Shown: positions 1-10,635, counted from the stretch's first letter. The stretch is 64,000 bases of DNA from a virus (IMGVR_UViG_3300008262_000022); one strand, 5' to 3'. Program-made: numbers and translations. Notes: generated by a model not told the origin, from the sequence alone.

Positions 1-49
1 ATTTAAGCGTTTAGACAAGCAGTATCCTTGCTTTACTGAAGGTGATAAA

Positions 50-274
50 ATGAAATATGTAACTTTAAAACCTAATCCATTTGAGATAGATGTAATAGGA
101 TTTAATGGTAATGACCCTCAATTTATTACTGATTTTATTGACAAATATGTTGACAGAGAAGACGCATTTAACTCAGTACTGTTAAATAAACTACAAGGTG
201 TGTACGATGATATAGGGTGGGGTGATGATTTTCCTGTATTAGATCCTAAAATATCTCGCTTTTTTAAATTTTAG
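50..274 (+). CDS. hypothetical protein
   Basis: ORF track; same strand as neighbours, tight spacing. Confidence 0.45.
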   Translation: MKYVTLKPNPFEIDVIGFNGNDPQFITDFIDKYVDREDAFNSVLLNKLQGVYDDIGWGDDFPVLDPKISRFFKF

Positions 275-309
275 TTGGATAGTCAAAATAAAAATTATAT
301 ATTTAAGTT
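274..309 (+). promoter_or_regulatory. candidate promoter (TTG..TAtATATTTAAG upstream of ATG)
   Basis: TTGGATAGTCAAAATAAAAATTATATATTTAAGTTATG matches the recurring TTG/TAnnTTTA motif seen before many genes. Confidence 0.35.
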
Positions 310-1035
310 ATGAAAAAATTATATCTTTTGGATGTTATTGAAAAATATCATTTAGGTGGATTAGTAGAACGTGTTAAAATCTCTGTAAATAATAAGACAT
401 TAACATCAAAATTCATTGCTACTAACAAAAATTTAATAGGAGAAATAACAGCCCCTAATATTGAATTAGAAGATTGTGAGTTTGGAGTTTATGATACTTC
501 ACAATTATTAAAATTATTAGGAATTACAGATAAATTACTTACCTTAAATATTGAAAAGAAAGGTAAAATAGCTAATAAATTATTAATAGCAGATGCTGAT
601 TATAACTTAGAATATACGTTAGCTGATACTATGCTTACTCCTAGTATTCCATCGTTTGATGAACCATCATATGATATGGAAGCTAATATCGATAAAGAAT
701 TTATTGATAAATTTGTTAAAGCTAAAAAAGCTCTAACAACAGACATATTTACTATATCTTCAGGAGCAGATTCATTAAATAATAATGTACTATTCTTTAA
801 TTTAGGTGGTTCTGAAGGATATACTAATAAAGTTAATTTTTATATACCTGCTATTAAAACAGTAGTATTAGGTGAGCCGGTAAAATTTCCTATAGAGGAA
901 TTTAATGAAATACTATTAGCTAATAAAGAATCAAAATCAAGTACATTATTTGTAAGTAATGAAGGTTTATTAAAAATAAACTTTGAAAACGAAGATGGAG
1001 TAAACGTGTCATACGTTTTGGTAGGAAAAGAATAA
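310..1035 (+). CDS. putative sliding clamp (T4 gp45-like)
   Basis: 241 aa; segment FGVYDTSQLLKLLGI resembles gp45 VAIYDLNGFLGILSL; lies upstream of an RFC-like clamp loader. Confidence 0.45.
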   Translation: MKKLYLLDVIEKYHLGGLVERVKISVNNKTLTSKFIATNKNLIGEITAPNIELEDCEFGVYDTSQLLKLLGITDKLLTLNIEKKGKIANKLLIADADYNLEYTLADTMLTPSIPSFDEPSYDMEANIDKEFIDKFVKAKKALTTDIFTISSGADSLNNNVLFFNLGGSEGYTNKVNFYIPAIKTVVLGEPVKFPIEEFNEILLANKESKSSTLFVSNEGLLKINFENEDGVNVSYVLVGKE

Positions 1036-1064
1036 GTTATATATTTATATACAAACATAAAGTT

Positions 1065-1355
1065 ATGAAAATAAAACCGTTACACAACCATGTTGTTATT
1101 AAACAACAAGATGAAACAGAAATGATGTATGGAAACATCATTATACCAGATGCTGGTAAAGAAAAACCACTAATGGGTGAAGTTATTGCTACTGGACCTG
1201 GATTAATTAATATCAATGGAACTTTAATTCCTAACACAATACCAGTAGGTGCTGTAGTAACATTCCCTGCCTTTGGGGGACAACGCATTACTATTAAAGG
1301 AGAAGATTTTATTGTAATGAAAGAACAAGATATATTAGCAATAATTGAAGAATAA
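1065..1355 (+). CDS. groES: co-chaperonin GroES
   Basis: 96 aa; KPLHNHVVIK..IIPDAGKEKP..GEVIATGPG typical Cpn10. Confidence 0.85.
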   Translation: MKIKPLHNHVVIKQQDETEMMYGNIIIPDAGKEKPLMGEVIATGPGLININGTLIPNTIPVGAVVTFPAFGGQRITIKGEDFIVMKEQDILAIIEE

Positions 1356-1356
1356 T

Positions 1357-2976
1357 ATGAGTAAAATAATCAGTTTTGATCGAGAAGCAAAAGAAAAATT
1401 AAAAAACGGTATTGATAAAGTCAATAAAGCCGTTTCGGTTACAATGGGACCTTTTGGTCGTAACGTGTTAATTGAAAAAGAATATGGCCAAGTATCATCA
1501 ACTAAAGATGGTGTGTCCGTTGCTAAAACAATCGTACTAGAAGATCCAATTGAAAACATGGCTGCGACCGTTATTAAACAAGCCGCCCAAAAAACAGTTG
1601 ATGTTGCTGGTGATGGTACTACGACTTCTACCGTTTTAGCACATAGTATTGCGACTCAAGCCTTAGAAGCAACAGCCTATTCATCTACTAATGCTACGCA
1701 AGTTAAACGCGGAATAGAGCAAGCTGTAAAAGAAGTAACATTAAAACTAAAAGAAACATCAGTAGACATTACTGATGAAAATCAAATTAAACAAATTGCT
1801 ACTTTATCAGCCAATGGTGATGAAGAAATAGGTAATTTAGTAGCTACAGCTTTAGAAAAAGTAGGTAGAGATGGTGTTGTAACAGTAGAAGAATCACGTT
1901 CAGGTGAAACATCACTTGAAGTAGTAGAAGGATTACAATTTGACCGTGGTTATAAATCACCATTCTTTGTTACTGATAATAATACAATGAATGCTGTTTT
2001 AACTGATGCTCTATTATTGATTGTAGACGGAAGATTAAATCAAGCAAAAGACATATTACCTATTTTAGAATCAGTATCACAACAACAAAAATCACTTTTA
2101 ATCATTGCAGAAGATTTTGGAGATGAAGTATTATCAGTGTTAGTAGTAAATAAAATGAGAGGTATTCTAAAAACAGTAGCAGTTAAAGCACCTGATTTTG
2201 GAGAACGTAGAACATTAATTTTAGAAGATATAGCTACATTAACAGGAGGTACTGTTGTTTCTCACATTAAAGGTATGAGATTAGATAAATTCAACAAAGA
2301 TTGGTTTGGTAATGCTCGTACGGTTACTGTAGGTAAAGATACAACTACTATCGTTGATGGTAAAGGTGATACAACAGAAATTGAAAATCGTATTTTAGAA
2401 TTAAAAGCTCAAATTGATAAATCAAATTCACCATACGAAATTGAAAAACTACAAGAACGTTTATCTAAAATGGTAGGTGGAGTAGCTATTATTAATGTAG
2501 GTGGTGGAACTGAAATCGAAATGAAAGAAAAGAAGGATCGTTTAGATGATGCTTTACAAGCTACTAAAGCTGCTATTGAAGAAGGTATTTTACCTGGAGC
2601 AGGTGTAGCATTGTTACATGCTAGAAATGCTATTTCTGATAGAGGTAATACCGATTTTGGAAAAGGTGGCAAAATTGTATTTGATGCTTGTATAAAACCA
2701 TTCGAACAAATCCTCAGCAACGCAGGAGAAAAAGCAAGTCATTGGGAAATGAGTTTATACTCAGACGATAATAAAAATGCTGTTCCTCATATTTCAGCAA
2801 ATCAACTAGTAGATGCTTACGAATCAGGCATTATTGATCCAACTAAAGTAGTACGCTCAGCTATTCAAAATGCTGCAGCAGCCGCTATTACTTTACTAAT
2901 GACTGAGTGTGTTATTCATGAAAAACCATCTGACAAGAAAAAAGACGATAATCCAATGATGGATTTCGGAATGTAA
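1357..2976 (+). CDS. groEL: chaperonin GroEL
   Basis: AKEKLKNGIDKVNKAVSVTMGPFGRNVLIEK..AGDGTTTSTVLA; ATG at 1357 directly after the GroES stop (track start 1345 is TTG). Confidence 0.93.
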   Translation: MSKIISFDREAKEKLKNGIDKVNKAVSVTMGPFGRNVLIEKEYGQVSSTKDGVSVAKTIVLEDPIENMAATVIKQAAQKTVDVAGDGTTTSTVLAHSIATQALEATAYSSTNATQVKRGIEQAVKEVTLKLKETSVDITDENQIKQIATLSANGDEEIGNLVATALEKVGRDGVVTVEESRSGETSLEVVEGLQFDRGYKSPFFVTDNNTMNAVLTDALLLIVDGRLNQAKDILPILESVSQQQKSLLIIAEDFGDEVLSVLVVNKMRGILKTVAVKAPDFGERRTLILEDIATLTGGTVVSHIKGMRLDKFNKDWFGNARTVTVGKDTTTIVDGKGDTTEIENRILELKAQIDKSNSPYEIEKLQERLSKMVGGVAIINVGGGTEIEMKEKKDRLDDALQATKAAIEEGILPGAGVALLHARNAISDRGNTDFGKGGKIVFDACIKPFEQILSNAGEKASHWEMSLYSDDNKNAVPHISANQLVDAYESGIIDPTKVVRSAIQNAAAAAITLLMTECVIHEKPSDKKKDDNPMMDFGM

Positions 2977-2977
2977 T

Positions 2978-3586
2978 ATGGAAGTACATTATATATGGAT
3001 AGGGAATAGTGATATACCTAAAAAATATGTATTAAATTATCAAAAATGTGTTGGATTAAATAAAAATTTTAAATTCAACATATGGCAAACAGAAGAATGC
3101 TTAGAATTGGTAAATTATTATGGTTTAGAAAGTATATTCGGTTCCCTATCTTTTATAAGTAAATGTAACTTATTAAAATATCTTATTCTCCAAAAACATG
3201 GAGGTATCTATACTGATTTTGACATAACATGGAAACAACCATTTGTCAAAATAATGAATGATTTTAATTTTTCTAAAGTTGATGTAGTATTAACAGCAAC
3301 AAATGGAGGTACTTTAATAGATGATCCATTTATAATTAGTAAACCTAATATTTTTGGTGATTGTGTTTCATATTGCAAAAATAGAACTAATCTAAAGTAT
3401 GATGGTGAGTTATATAAAAAAACAGGTGAATTAAAAACCCATCCATTAGAACCATTTGGTCCTTTTGGATTAACAGAGTGGTTAAATAATAAAAAAATTA
3501 ATTATAGTTATTTTCCTCAAGATACACTGTTAGATAATAATGGTTTTTTAGGTATTCATGAGCAGAAAAGTATTTGGAAATTTTGA
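2978..3586 (+). CDS. glycosyltransferase, GT32-like (DXD sugar-binding region)
   Basis: HYIWIG N-terminal motif and YTDFDI (DXD) typical of Gly_transf_sug/OCH1-like enzymes. Confidence 0.55.
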   Translation: MEVHYIWIGNSDIPKKYVLNYQKCVGLNKNFKFNIWQTEECLELVNYYGLESIFGSLSFISKCNLLKYLILQKHGGIYTDFDITWKQPFVKIMNDFNFSKVDVVLTATNGGTLIDDPFIISKPNIFGDCVSYCKNRTNLKYDGELYKKTGELKTHPLEPFGPFGLTEWLNNKKINYSYFPQDTLLDNNGFLGIHEQKSIWKF

Positions 3587-3616
3587 AAGTCAAAATAAAA
3601 ATCGTATATTTAAAAC
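3583..3616 (+). promoter_or_regulatory. candidate promoter
   Basis: TTGAAAGTCAAAATAAAAATCGTATATTTAAAACATG, same motif family. Confidence 0.35.
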
Positions 3617-4531
3617 ATGAGAAAACAACATACTTTATGGATCGAACAATATAGATCAAAAACATTAGATCAATATATTGGAAATGAAGAGGTTAAAAAC
3701 CGTATTTCTGATTGTATTACCAATAATGATATTCCCCATTTTATATTTGCTGGTACTGCTGGTACTGGTAAAACAACATTAGCTAAATTAATAGTTAATA
3801 ATCTTAAATGTGATTATCTATACTTAAATGCTAGTGATGAAAATGGTATAGATATGATTCGTGAAAAAGTAAAAGGATTTGCATCATCAGCATCTTTTAA
3901 CCCTATTAAAATAGTAATATTAGATGAAGCTGATTTTTTAACCCAACCAGCACAAGCTGCCTTACGTAATATAATTGAAGAATACGCTTTAAATACTCGT
4001 TTTGTATTAACATGTAATTATATTGAGCGTTTAATTGAACCTCTTCAATCACGTTGTGAAATACATAAATTAGTTCCTCCATCTAAAGGTGAGGTAGCAA
4101 AACATGTTTGTACTAATGTATTAGATAACGAAGGAGTTAGTTACGATATAAAAGATGTAGCTCAGGTAATTAAACAGCATTACCCAGATATTCGTTCTAT
4201 CATTAAAAATCTACAAGCAGGTACTAAAGATAATAAATTTACCTTCACTGAAGCTAATATTAATTGGTGTAATCACATTATTACTATATTACAAAAGCCA
4301 GATAAAAATAGCTGGGTAAATATGAGACAAGTAGTATTAGATGCTCAGGTAGATGATTATCAACCATTAATTGAGCATTTATTTGAAAATATAAGTGTAT
4401 ATGGTAAAGGATATGAAGCTGAAATCACAGTAGAGTTAGATGAAGCACAATGGAGATCAAGAGCAGTACCTGATAAAGAAATTAATATAGCTGCTCTATT
4501 AAGTAAAATACTAACAATATTAAAAAAATAA
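3617..4531 (+). CDS. clamp loader ATPase (RFC/gp44-like AAA+)
   Basis: Walker A GTAGTGKTT, Walker B ILDEADFL, RFC box SRC. Confidence 0.75.
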   Translation: MRKQHTLWIEQYRSKTLDQYIGNEEVKNRISDCITNNDIPHFIFAGTAGTGKTTLAKLIVNNLKCDYLYLNASDENGIDMIREKVKGFASSASFNPIKIVILDEADFLTQPAQAALRNIIEEYALNTRFVLTCNYIERLIEPLQSRCEIHKLVPPSKGEVAKHVCTNVLDNEGVSYDIKDVAQVIKQHYPDIRSIIKNLQAGTKDNKFTFTEANINWCNHIITILQKPDKNSWVNMRQVVLDAQVDDYQPLIEHLFENISVYGKGYEAEITVELDEAQWRSRAVPDKEINIAALLSKILTILKK

Positions 4532-4534
4532 AAC

Positions 4535-4759
4535 ATGGAACAAAATATTAACATTAGTTTAGATAAGACAACAGCTGTTGTTTGCGAAAAATGCGAAAAC
4601 GAAACATTTGCTGAAGGTACATTATTAAGAAAAGCATCTCGATTTTTAACAGGAACATCAACAGATGCCTTAATTCCTATCCCATTATTTTACTGTACTA
4701 AATGTGGACACACAAATGAAGAGTTCTTACCTATCCAACTTAAAACAAAAACTGAGTAA
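4535..4759 (+). CDS. zinc-ribbon protein
   Basis: CEKCEN..CTKCGH paired CxxC. Confidence 0.45.
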   Translation: MEQNINISLDKTTAVVCEKCENETFAEGTLLRKASRFLTGTSTDALIPIPLFYCTKCGHTNEEFLPIQLKTKTE

Positions 4760-5012
4760 TTGGTTTGATCCGTTAGGAATAAAAAGATTAAAAATGACAA
4801 AAGCTGAATTAGAACAAGAAATAAAGACTTTAAGACAATACGTAGTTAATCTTAAAGCAGATAAAGATAATCTTTTCAATCAACTTCAACAGGCAGAGGG
4901 CCAACTTAAAATGATGTCATTATCTTTAGAATCGCTTAATGAGGAATTACGAATACGTAGATCTCAGGATGAAGCAACTAAAAAATTTAATGACGATTCA
5001 AAATACTACTAA
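4704..5012 (+). CDS. coiled-coil protein (start may be 4794 MTKAELEQ)
   Basis: ORF track; heptad-like LKxxKDNLFNQLQQAEGQL. Confidence 0.4.
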   Translation: MDTQMKSSYLSNLKQKLSNWFDPLGIKRLKMTKAELEQEIKTLRQYVVNLKADKDNLFNQLQQAEGQLKMMSLSLESLNEELRIRRSQDEATKKFNDDSKYY

Positions 5013-5401
5013 TGGAAGATAAAAAACAAACTATTTGGGACCATTTAAAAAACATTACAACTACTAAGGGTGAATACTTAGGAGATGAAGGATGGAATAA
5101 TTGGATGGTTAATAGATTTATTAGCATGAATAGAGATTATTGTGAATTAGTAAACTATATTCAAAAGAATACATGGCAAATAAAAGGAGAGTATCTGTAT
5201 AATCTATACAGAGATGTCATCCCTAAACAATATGTGTACTTAAACTATATTAAATCTAAAAACAAAAAGGAATACAAAGAAGATGTATTAGAAGCAGTAC
5301 AGTCGTATTTTGAAATTAGTAAAAAAGAAGCTAAGGAGTATATTGATATGCTTCCTAAAGATGAATTAAATAGTATTGTATCACAAGTAAAAGGAAAATA
5401 A
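5012..5401 (+). CDS. hypothetical protein
   Basis: ORF track; ATGA-type junction with the preceding gene. Confidence 0.45.
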   Translation: MEDKKQTIWDHLKNITTTKGEYLGDEGWNNWMVNRFISMNRDYCELVNYIQKNTWQIKGEYLYNLYRDVIPKQYVYLNYIKSKNKKEYKEDVLEAVQSYFEISKKEAKEYIDMLPKDELNSIVSQVKGK

Positions 5402-5680
5402 ATGGAAGGATATATTGAAAAACCAAAAGATGCTATTACTACGCAAGTAATGGAAGATTTAAAACTACGAGCAGATCGTGGTTTAAAAAAATATAATACT
5501 ACACTACAAGGCAACAATAAAGATGATTTTATGAATCATCTATATGAAGAATTACTTGACGCTGCTCAGTATTGTAAAAAAGAAATGTCAATCATACCTT
5601 CAATCCAGGATTTGATTAAAAGATATCCAAATGATCAAGAATTAGGAGCCATTGTAAGAGAATTCTTTAGTGAAAAATAA
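5402..5680 (+). CDS. hypothetical protein
   Basis: ORF track. Confidence 0.45.
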   Translation: MEGYIEKPKDAITTQVMEDLKLRADRGLKKYNTTLQGNNKDDFMNHLYEELLDAAQYCKKEMSIIPSIQDLIKRYPNDQELGAIVREFFSEK

Positions 5681-6581
5681 AACACCAGTATTTAAAATAT
5701 TTAGACAGAAGGAAATAGATTATTCATATCAGAAAAATATTTCCTTCTCTCAATTTCAGTTATATAGCCAATGTCCTCATAGGTGGTATACACAATATGT
5801 TGAGAAAGCAGTCTCTACTCCACCCAATATCAATATGGTGTTTGGCACTGCTATACATCATGTGTTCCAACATTATTTAACAGTAGGTTATAATACATCA
5901 TTCGCAGCTGCTGATAGAGAAGATATAGCTGGTATGTTTCAAAATAAAATGATAGAAGAATATCAAGAACAATATAAAAAACATGGTTCACATTTTTCAG
6001 ATGCGGCTGAAATGAGAGAATTTTATGAAGATGGGGTTGCTATTCTGAATTGGTTTAAGAAAAAACGAAAACTATATTTTGCCGGTAGAGGAATGAAACT
6101 AATTGGAGTTGAAATGCCATTACAAAAAGAAATAAGTAAAAACGTTATATACCAGGGTTTTATTGATTTGGTAATGTATGATGAATATGATGAAACTGTT
6201 ACAATATACGATTTAAAAACATCAACTAAAGGATGGAATGATTATAATAAGAAAGATGAAACCAAAATATCACAAGTATTATTATATAAACAATTCTTTT
6301 CAGAATTATACGATTATCCTATAGATAAAATAAATGTTGAGTTCATGATACTAAAACGTAAAGCAGAACCAACAGAATATCAAGAATTCCCTAAACGTAT
6401 ACAGGAATTTAAACCAGCTAGCGGTAAAATTAAACTTAAACAAAGTCAAGAAAAATTAAATGAGTTTGTTAAAGCATGTTTTGATGAAAATGGTAAGTAT
6501 CTAATTAAAGAACATCCTAAAAACGTGACGAAATTATGTGATTGGTGTCCTCTTAATAATACTTCTCTTTGTGTAAAATAA
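5670..6581 (+). CDS. PD-(D/E)XK nuclease, Cas4/RecB-like with Fe-S cysteines
   Basis: GFIDLVMYD..IYDLKTS (D..EXK) plus one N-terminal Cys (CPHRWY) and C-terminal CDWCP..LC cluster as in Cas4. Confidence 0.6.
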   Translation: MKNKTPVFKIFRQKEIDYSYQKNISFSQFQLYSQCPHRWYTQYVEKAVSTPPNINMVFGTAIHHVFQHYLTVGYNTSFAAADREDIAGMFQNKMIEEYQEQYKKHGSHFSDAAEMREFYEDGVAILNWFKKKRKLYFAGRGMKLIGVEMPLQKEISKNVIYQGFIDLVMYDEYDETVTIYDLKTSTKGWNDYNKKDETKISQVLLYKQFFSELYDYPIDKINVEFMILKRKAEPTEYQEFPKRIQEFKPASGKIKLKQSQEKLNEFVKACFDENGKYLIKEHPKNVTKLCDWCPLNNTSLCVK

Positions 6582-6624
6582 CGTTTTCTGTTTTTTATAT
6601 ATATTTATATCCAAATATATTATT

Positions 6625-6831
6625 ATGAGTAAAAATAAAGACATGGTATTAACTTCAGTAAAACTTCCAGAGAAGTTATTTGAAGATTTTAAAGTAGACT
6701 GCATTAAAAGTAAATTCAGTATCCAAAAACTAACAGAAAGATCAATGTATCTATACATGACTAATCCCGAATTTAAAAAAGAAATACATAATGTTTTAGA
6801 TACATTTTTCACAGGCAGTTCAGAAAATTAA
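6625..6831 (+). CDS. hypothetical protein
   Basis: ORF track. Confidence 0.4.
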   Translation: MSKNKDMVLTSVKLPEKLFEDFKVDCIKSKFSIQKLTERSMYLYMTNPEFKKEIHNVLDTFFTGSSEN

Positions 6832-6844
6832 TTAAAAATAAGTT

Positions 6845-8305
6845 ATGATAAAAGAAGGTTACATTCCTAAGGATCAACGTAAAAAAATCCTTTTATTATG
6901 CGACGATATTAGAATGCATTCAGGCATTTCTACTATGGCTCGCGAATTGGTAGTAGGTACCGCTCATGTATTTAATTGGGTTAATATCGGAGGAGCAATT
7001 CAACATCCTGAGGCAGGTAAACGATTAGATTTAAGTGCTGACAGCAGTAAAGTAGCAGGAATTGAAGATGCTAGTGTTTTCTTATACCCAACAAACGGGT
7101 ATGGAGATCAAACATTAGTAACACAAATAATGAATATTGAAAAACCTGATGTTTTGATGATATTTACTGATCCTAGATATTGGGTTTGGTTATTTCAAAT
7201 GGAACATGAGATTCGTGTTAAAACTCCTATAGTTTATTTAAATATATGGGATGATCTACCTTACCCAATGTACAATAAGTCATTCTATGAATCTTGTGAT
7301 GCTTTATTGGCCATCAGTAAACAAACTGAAAATATTAATAAAGTAGTACTAGGTGAATTAAGTAAGGATAAAGTAATTAAATATGTTCCTCATGGTATAA
7401 ATGAGAACCATTTCTTCCCTATTACCTCAGATAAGCCAGAATACCTAGCATTACAAGAATTTAAAAAGCATTTATTTAAAAACAAAGAGTATGATTTTAC
7501 CTTGTTATACAATGCTAGAAATATTAGACGCAAATCAGTTCCTGATTTAATGTTAGCTTGGAAAATGTTTATTGATGAATTACCTGAGGAAAAAGCTAAA
7601 AAAACAGCATTTGTACTACATACTCAACCAATAGATGAAAATGGTACTGATTTATATGCTGTTAAAGAAATGCTATTTGGAAATCATGACAAATATAACA
7701 TTATATTCTCAGAACAAAAGTTAGATGTTAATGGTATGAATTTACTATATAATTCAGCAGATGCTGTGGCATTAATAAGTTCAAATGAAGGTTGGGGATT
7801 ATCATTAACAGAAGCTATGATGTGTGGTAAACCAATTATAGCAACTGTTACGGGTGGTATGCAAGACCAAATGCGTTTTGAGGATGAAAAAGGAAAATGG
7901 ATTAAATTCACTGAAGAATTTGGCTCTAACCATAAAGGTAAATACAAAAAGCATGGTAAATGGGCGTTCCCTGTATTTCCTAGTAATGTAAGTTTAATTG
8001 GCTCAGTACCAACACCTTACATATATGATGATAGAGCACAGCCAGAAGATATAGCTACACAAATACAAAAAGTATATGCTACTAAAACCGATTCTCCTGC
8101 GATATACAACGAGATATCTCAAGAAGCGCGTAAGTGGGTGACTTCAGATGAATCGATGATGTCTTCGCGCTTAATGTGCAAAAATTTCATTGAAGGAATT
8201 GAAGATACATTTAAAAAATGGAAACCAAGAGAATTATTTTCATTCACTAAAGTAGAACAATTAGACCAACCGAAACATTACGTTAAACATCCAATCGCAA
8301 AATAA
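6845..8305 (+). CDS. glycosyltransferase family 1/4
   Basis: SSNEGWGLSLTEAMMCGKPIIAT = GT-B EX7E region. Confidence 0.7.
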   Translation: MIKEGYIPKDQRKKILLLCDDIRMHSGISTMARELVVGTAHVFNWVNIGGAIQHPEAGKRLDLSADSSKVAGIEDASVFLYPTNGYGDQTLVTQIMNIEKPDVLMIFTDPRYWVWLFQMEHEIRVKTPIVYLNIWDDLPYPMYNKSFYESCDALLAISKQTENINKVVLGELSKDKVIKYVPHGINENHFFPITSDKPEYLALQEFKKHLFKNKEYDFTLLYNARNIRRKSVPDLMLAWKMFIDELPEEKAKKTAFVLHTQPIDENGTDLYAVKEMLFGNHDKYNIIFSEQKLDVNGMNLLYNSADAVALISSNEGWGLSLTEAMMCGKPIIATVTGGMQDQMRFEDEKGKWIKFTEEFGSNHKGKYKKHGKWAFPVFPSNVSLIGSVPTPYIYDDRAQPEDIATQIQKVYATKTDSPAIYNEISQEARKWVTSDESMMSSRLMCKNFIEGIEDTFKKWKPRELFSFTKVEQLDQPKHYVKHPIAK

Positions 8306-8308
8306 GTT

Positions 8309-9625
8309 ATGAAACCACTATTCATTATAAGTTGCCCAATAGACACCTTTTCAGGTTATGGAGCACGTAGTAGAGATATTGTTAAGGCTCTACTAAAAAC
8401 AAATAAATACAACGTTAAAATATTACCTCAAAGATGGGGTTCGACATCATTTGGATTCTTAAAAGCAGATAATCCTGAACATAAAGAAATACTTGATTGT
8501 ATTTTACCTCAACCCCAGTTACCTAGACAACCTGATGTTTGGATGCAAATTACTGTACCTAATGAATTTCAACCTGTAGGAAAATTTAATATAGGTGTAA
8601 CAGCGGGTATTGAAACTACTATTTGTGATCCTAGCTGGATTGAAGGACTAAACAGAATGAATCTTAATTTAGTATCATCAGAACATGCTAAACAAGTATT
8701 TGAAAATTCTAAATTCGAGGCTCGTAACCAACAAACAGGTCAAGTTGAAAAAGTAATTGAGTTAACTTCACCTATAGAAGTATTATTTGAAGGAGCAGAT
8801 GTAAATGTTTACAAGAAATTAGATATTTTATCCGAGAATGATTTAACAAAAACATTAGATGCTATTCCTGAAAAATTTGCTTTTTTGTTCGTAGGTCATT
8901 GGTTGCAAGGTGCGTTAGGTGAAGATAGAAAGAATGTAGGGATGATGATTAAAACATTTTTAGAAACATTTAAGAATACTAAAGACAAACCAGCATTAAT
9001 CTTAAAAACACAAGGTGCTACTGCCTCTATTATTGATAAAAATGATATATTAGATAAAATCAGACAAATACAAGCATTAGTAGATAGTAAAGATTTACCT
9101 AATATCTACTTATTACATGGTATGTTTGATGATGAGGAAATAAATATGTTATATAATCATCCTAAAGTAAAAGCACACGTTACATTTACCAAAGGTGAAG
9201 GATTTGGTCGCCCATTATTAGAAGCATCTATCTCAGCTAAACCTGTTATAGCACCTAATTGGAGTGGTCATATAGATTTTCTACATAAGGATTTTTCTAT
9301 ATTGTTACCAGGTAAAATTACTCAATTACATCCTTCAGCCGTTGTTCAAAATATGTTATTAGCAGAATCAGGATGGTTTACAGTAGATTATAAAGCAGCT
9401 TCTGATAAAATGAGAGATGTCTATAAAAACTATAAAAATTATGTTGAAGGAGCTAAAAGACAAGCGTATCATTCAAGAACATATTTTACATTAGAAAGAA
9501 TGGGAAATAAATTAGATTCAATTATAGATTCTAAAATACCTAAGATCGTTGAATTAAAACTACCTCAACTTAAAAAAATAGAATTACCTAAACTAAATAA
9601 AACAAATGAAGGAACAACTAATTAA
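8309..9625 (+). CDS. glycosyltransferase family 1/4
   Basis: KGEGFGRPLLEASISAKPVIAPNWSGH GT-B motif. Confidence 0.7.
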   Translation: MKPLFIISCPIDTFSGYGARSRDIVKALLKTNKYNVKILPQRWGSTSFGFLKADNPEHKEILDCILPQPQLPRQPDVWMQITVPNEFQPVGKFNIGVTAGIETTICDPSWIEGLNRMNLNLVSSEHAKQVFENSKFEARNQQTGQVEKVIELTSPIEVLFEGADVNVYKKLDILSENDLTKTLDAIPEKFAFLFVGHWLQGALGEDRKNVGMMIKTFLETFKNTKDKPALILKTQGATASIIDKNDILDKIRQIQALVDSKDLPNIYLLHGMFDDEEINMLYNHPKVKAHVTFTKGEGFGRPLLEASISAKPVIAPNWSGHIDFLHKDFSILLPGKITQLHPSAVVQNMLLAESGWFTVDYKAASDKMRDVYKNYKNYVEGAKRQAYHSRTYFTLERMGNKLDSIIDSKIPKIVELKLPQLKKIELPKLNKTNEGTTN

Positions 9626-9998
9626 TTGCCCTCGTTGTAATTCAAACGCATGTTCTGAAATGTCAGATGGTACTATAACCATCTGGCAGTGCATGGGTTG
9701 TGGATTTACATCTAACACATTTCTAACAGAAGAAAATTCAGCTAAATATAAAGAAGTATTACCTGAACTATACAAAGATCTTGAATTTATAGATGAAAAA
9801 GGATTACGTTGGTATCCAACGTCAGTAGTTATGGAAGATAAATCTATGATATTTGCTGAAGGTATATCAACTGAAAATTGGAAATGGTCAGCTGTGCAAG
9901 CTAAAGACGGTAAGCCAGATATGACTACTAAAAAAGAGTTTAATGATAACGACTTTATAGAAGCTTTAGATTATGTAGGATATTTTAATAAAAAATAA
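9606..9998 (+). CDS. zinc-ribbon protein
   Basis: CPRCNSNAC..CMGCGF. Confidence 0.45.
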   Translation: MKEQLINCPRCNSNACSEMSDGTITIWQCMGCGFTSNTFLTEENSAKYKEVLPELYKDLEFIDEKGLRWYPTSVVMEDKSMIFAEGISTENWKWSAVQAKDGKPDMTTKKEFNDNDFIEALDYVGYFNKK

Positions 9999-9999
9999 T

Positions 10000-10635
10000 A
10001 TGAAAATAACATATGGTATTACAGTCTGCGATGAAGTAGAAGAAATCTATGATTTGTTAGATTATCTCTACTCAAATATAGATGATAATGATGAAGTTAT
10101 CATTTTACGTGATATGGATAAAACAACAGATGCTGTAACTAAAGTTATAAATCAACAAATTAGCCTGTATAAACCCAATCAAGTTAAAGTAGTAGAGTCA
10201 TCACTAAATGGTGACTTTGCTACATTTAAAAATAATTTAATTGAGCATGCTACCGGCGATTATTTATTTCAAATTGACGCAGATGAAATACCAAATCAGT
10301 TTTTGATTGATAATATTAAACCAATACTTAAAATTAATCCTGGTATAGATTGTCTATATGTGCCTCGAGTTAATAAAGTAAATGGTTTAACCCCACAGCA
10401 TATTCTGAAATGGAAATGGAGAGTTGATTCCGAAAAACGTGTCAACTTTCCTGATCCTCAGATGAGAATATTTAAATTAAACCAAGGTATAAAATGGAAA
10501 AATAAAGTACATGAGGTGTTAGATGGATATAAATCTATCACCACATTACCTTATGATGACGAGAGTTTTTGTTTAATACATATTAAATCAATCGAGAAAC
10601 AAGAAAAACAAAATAATTTTTACGAAACAATATGA
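10000..10635 (+). CDS. glycosyltransferase family 2-like
   Basis: GITVCDEVEEI N-terminus and QIDADE (DXD). Confidence 0.5.
   Translation: MKITYGITVCDEVEEIYDLLDYLYSNIDDNDEVIILRDMDKTTDAVTKVINQQISLYKPNQVKVVESSLNGDFATFKNNLIEHATGDYLFQIDADEIPNQFLIDNIKPILKINPGIDCLYVPRVNKVNGLTPQHILKWKWRVDSEKRVNFPDPQMRIFKLNQGIKWKNKVHEVLDGYKSITTLPYDDESFCLIHIKSIEKQEKQNNFYETI

Noticed and set aside
840-1058. Minus-strand ORFs in the track (e.g. 840..1058, 1037..1288, 2409..2720, 4360..4554, 5245..5517, 7684..7947, 11317..11559, 13504..13716, 18008..18214, 23795..24112, 24058..24408, 34425..34727, 35988..36251, 42622..42816, 48409..48713, 55886..56230)
   Set aside because: Each lies entirely inside a well-supported + strand gene, has low-complexity or hydrophobic junk-like composition, and the genome is otherwise strictly co-directional; these are treated as antisense artefacts.
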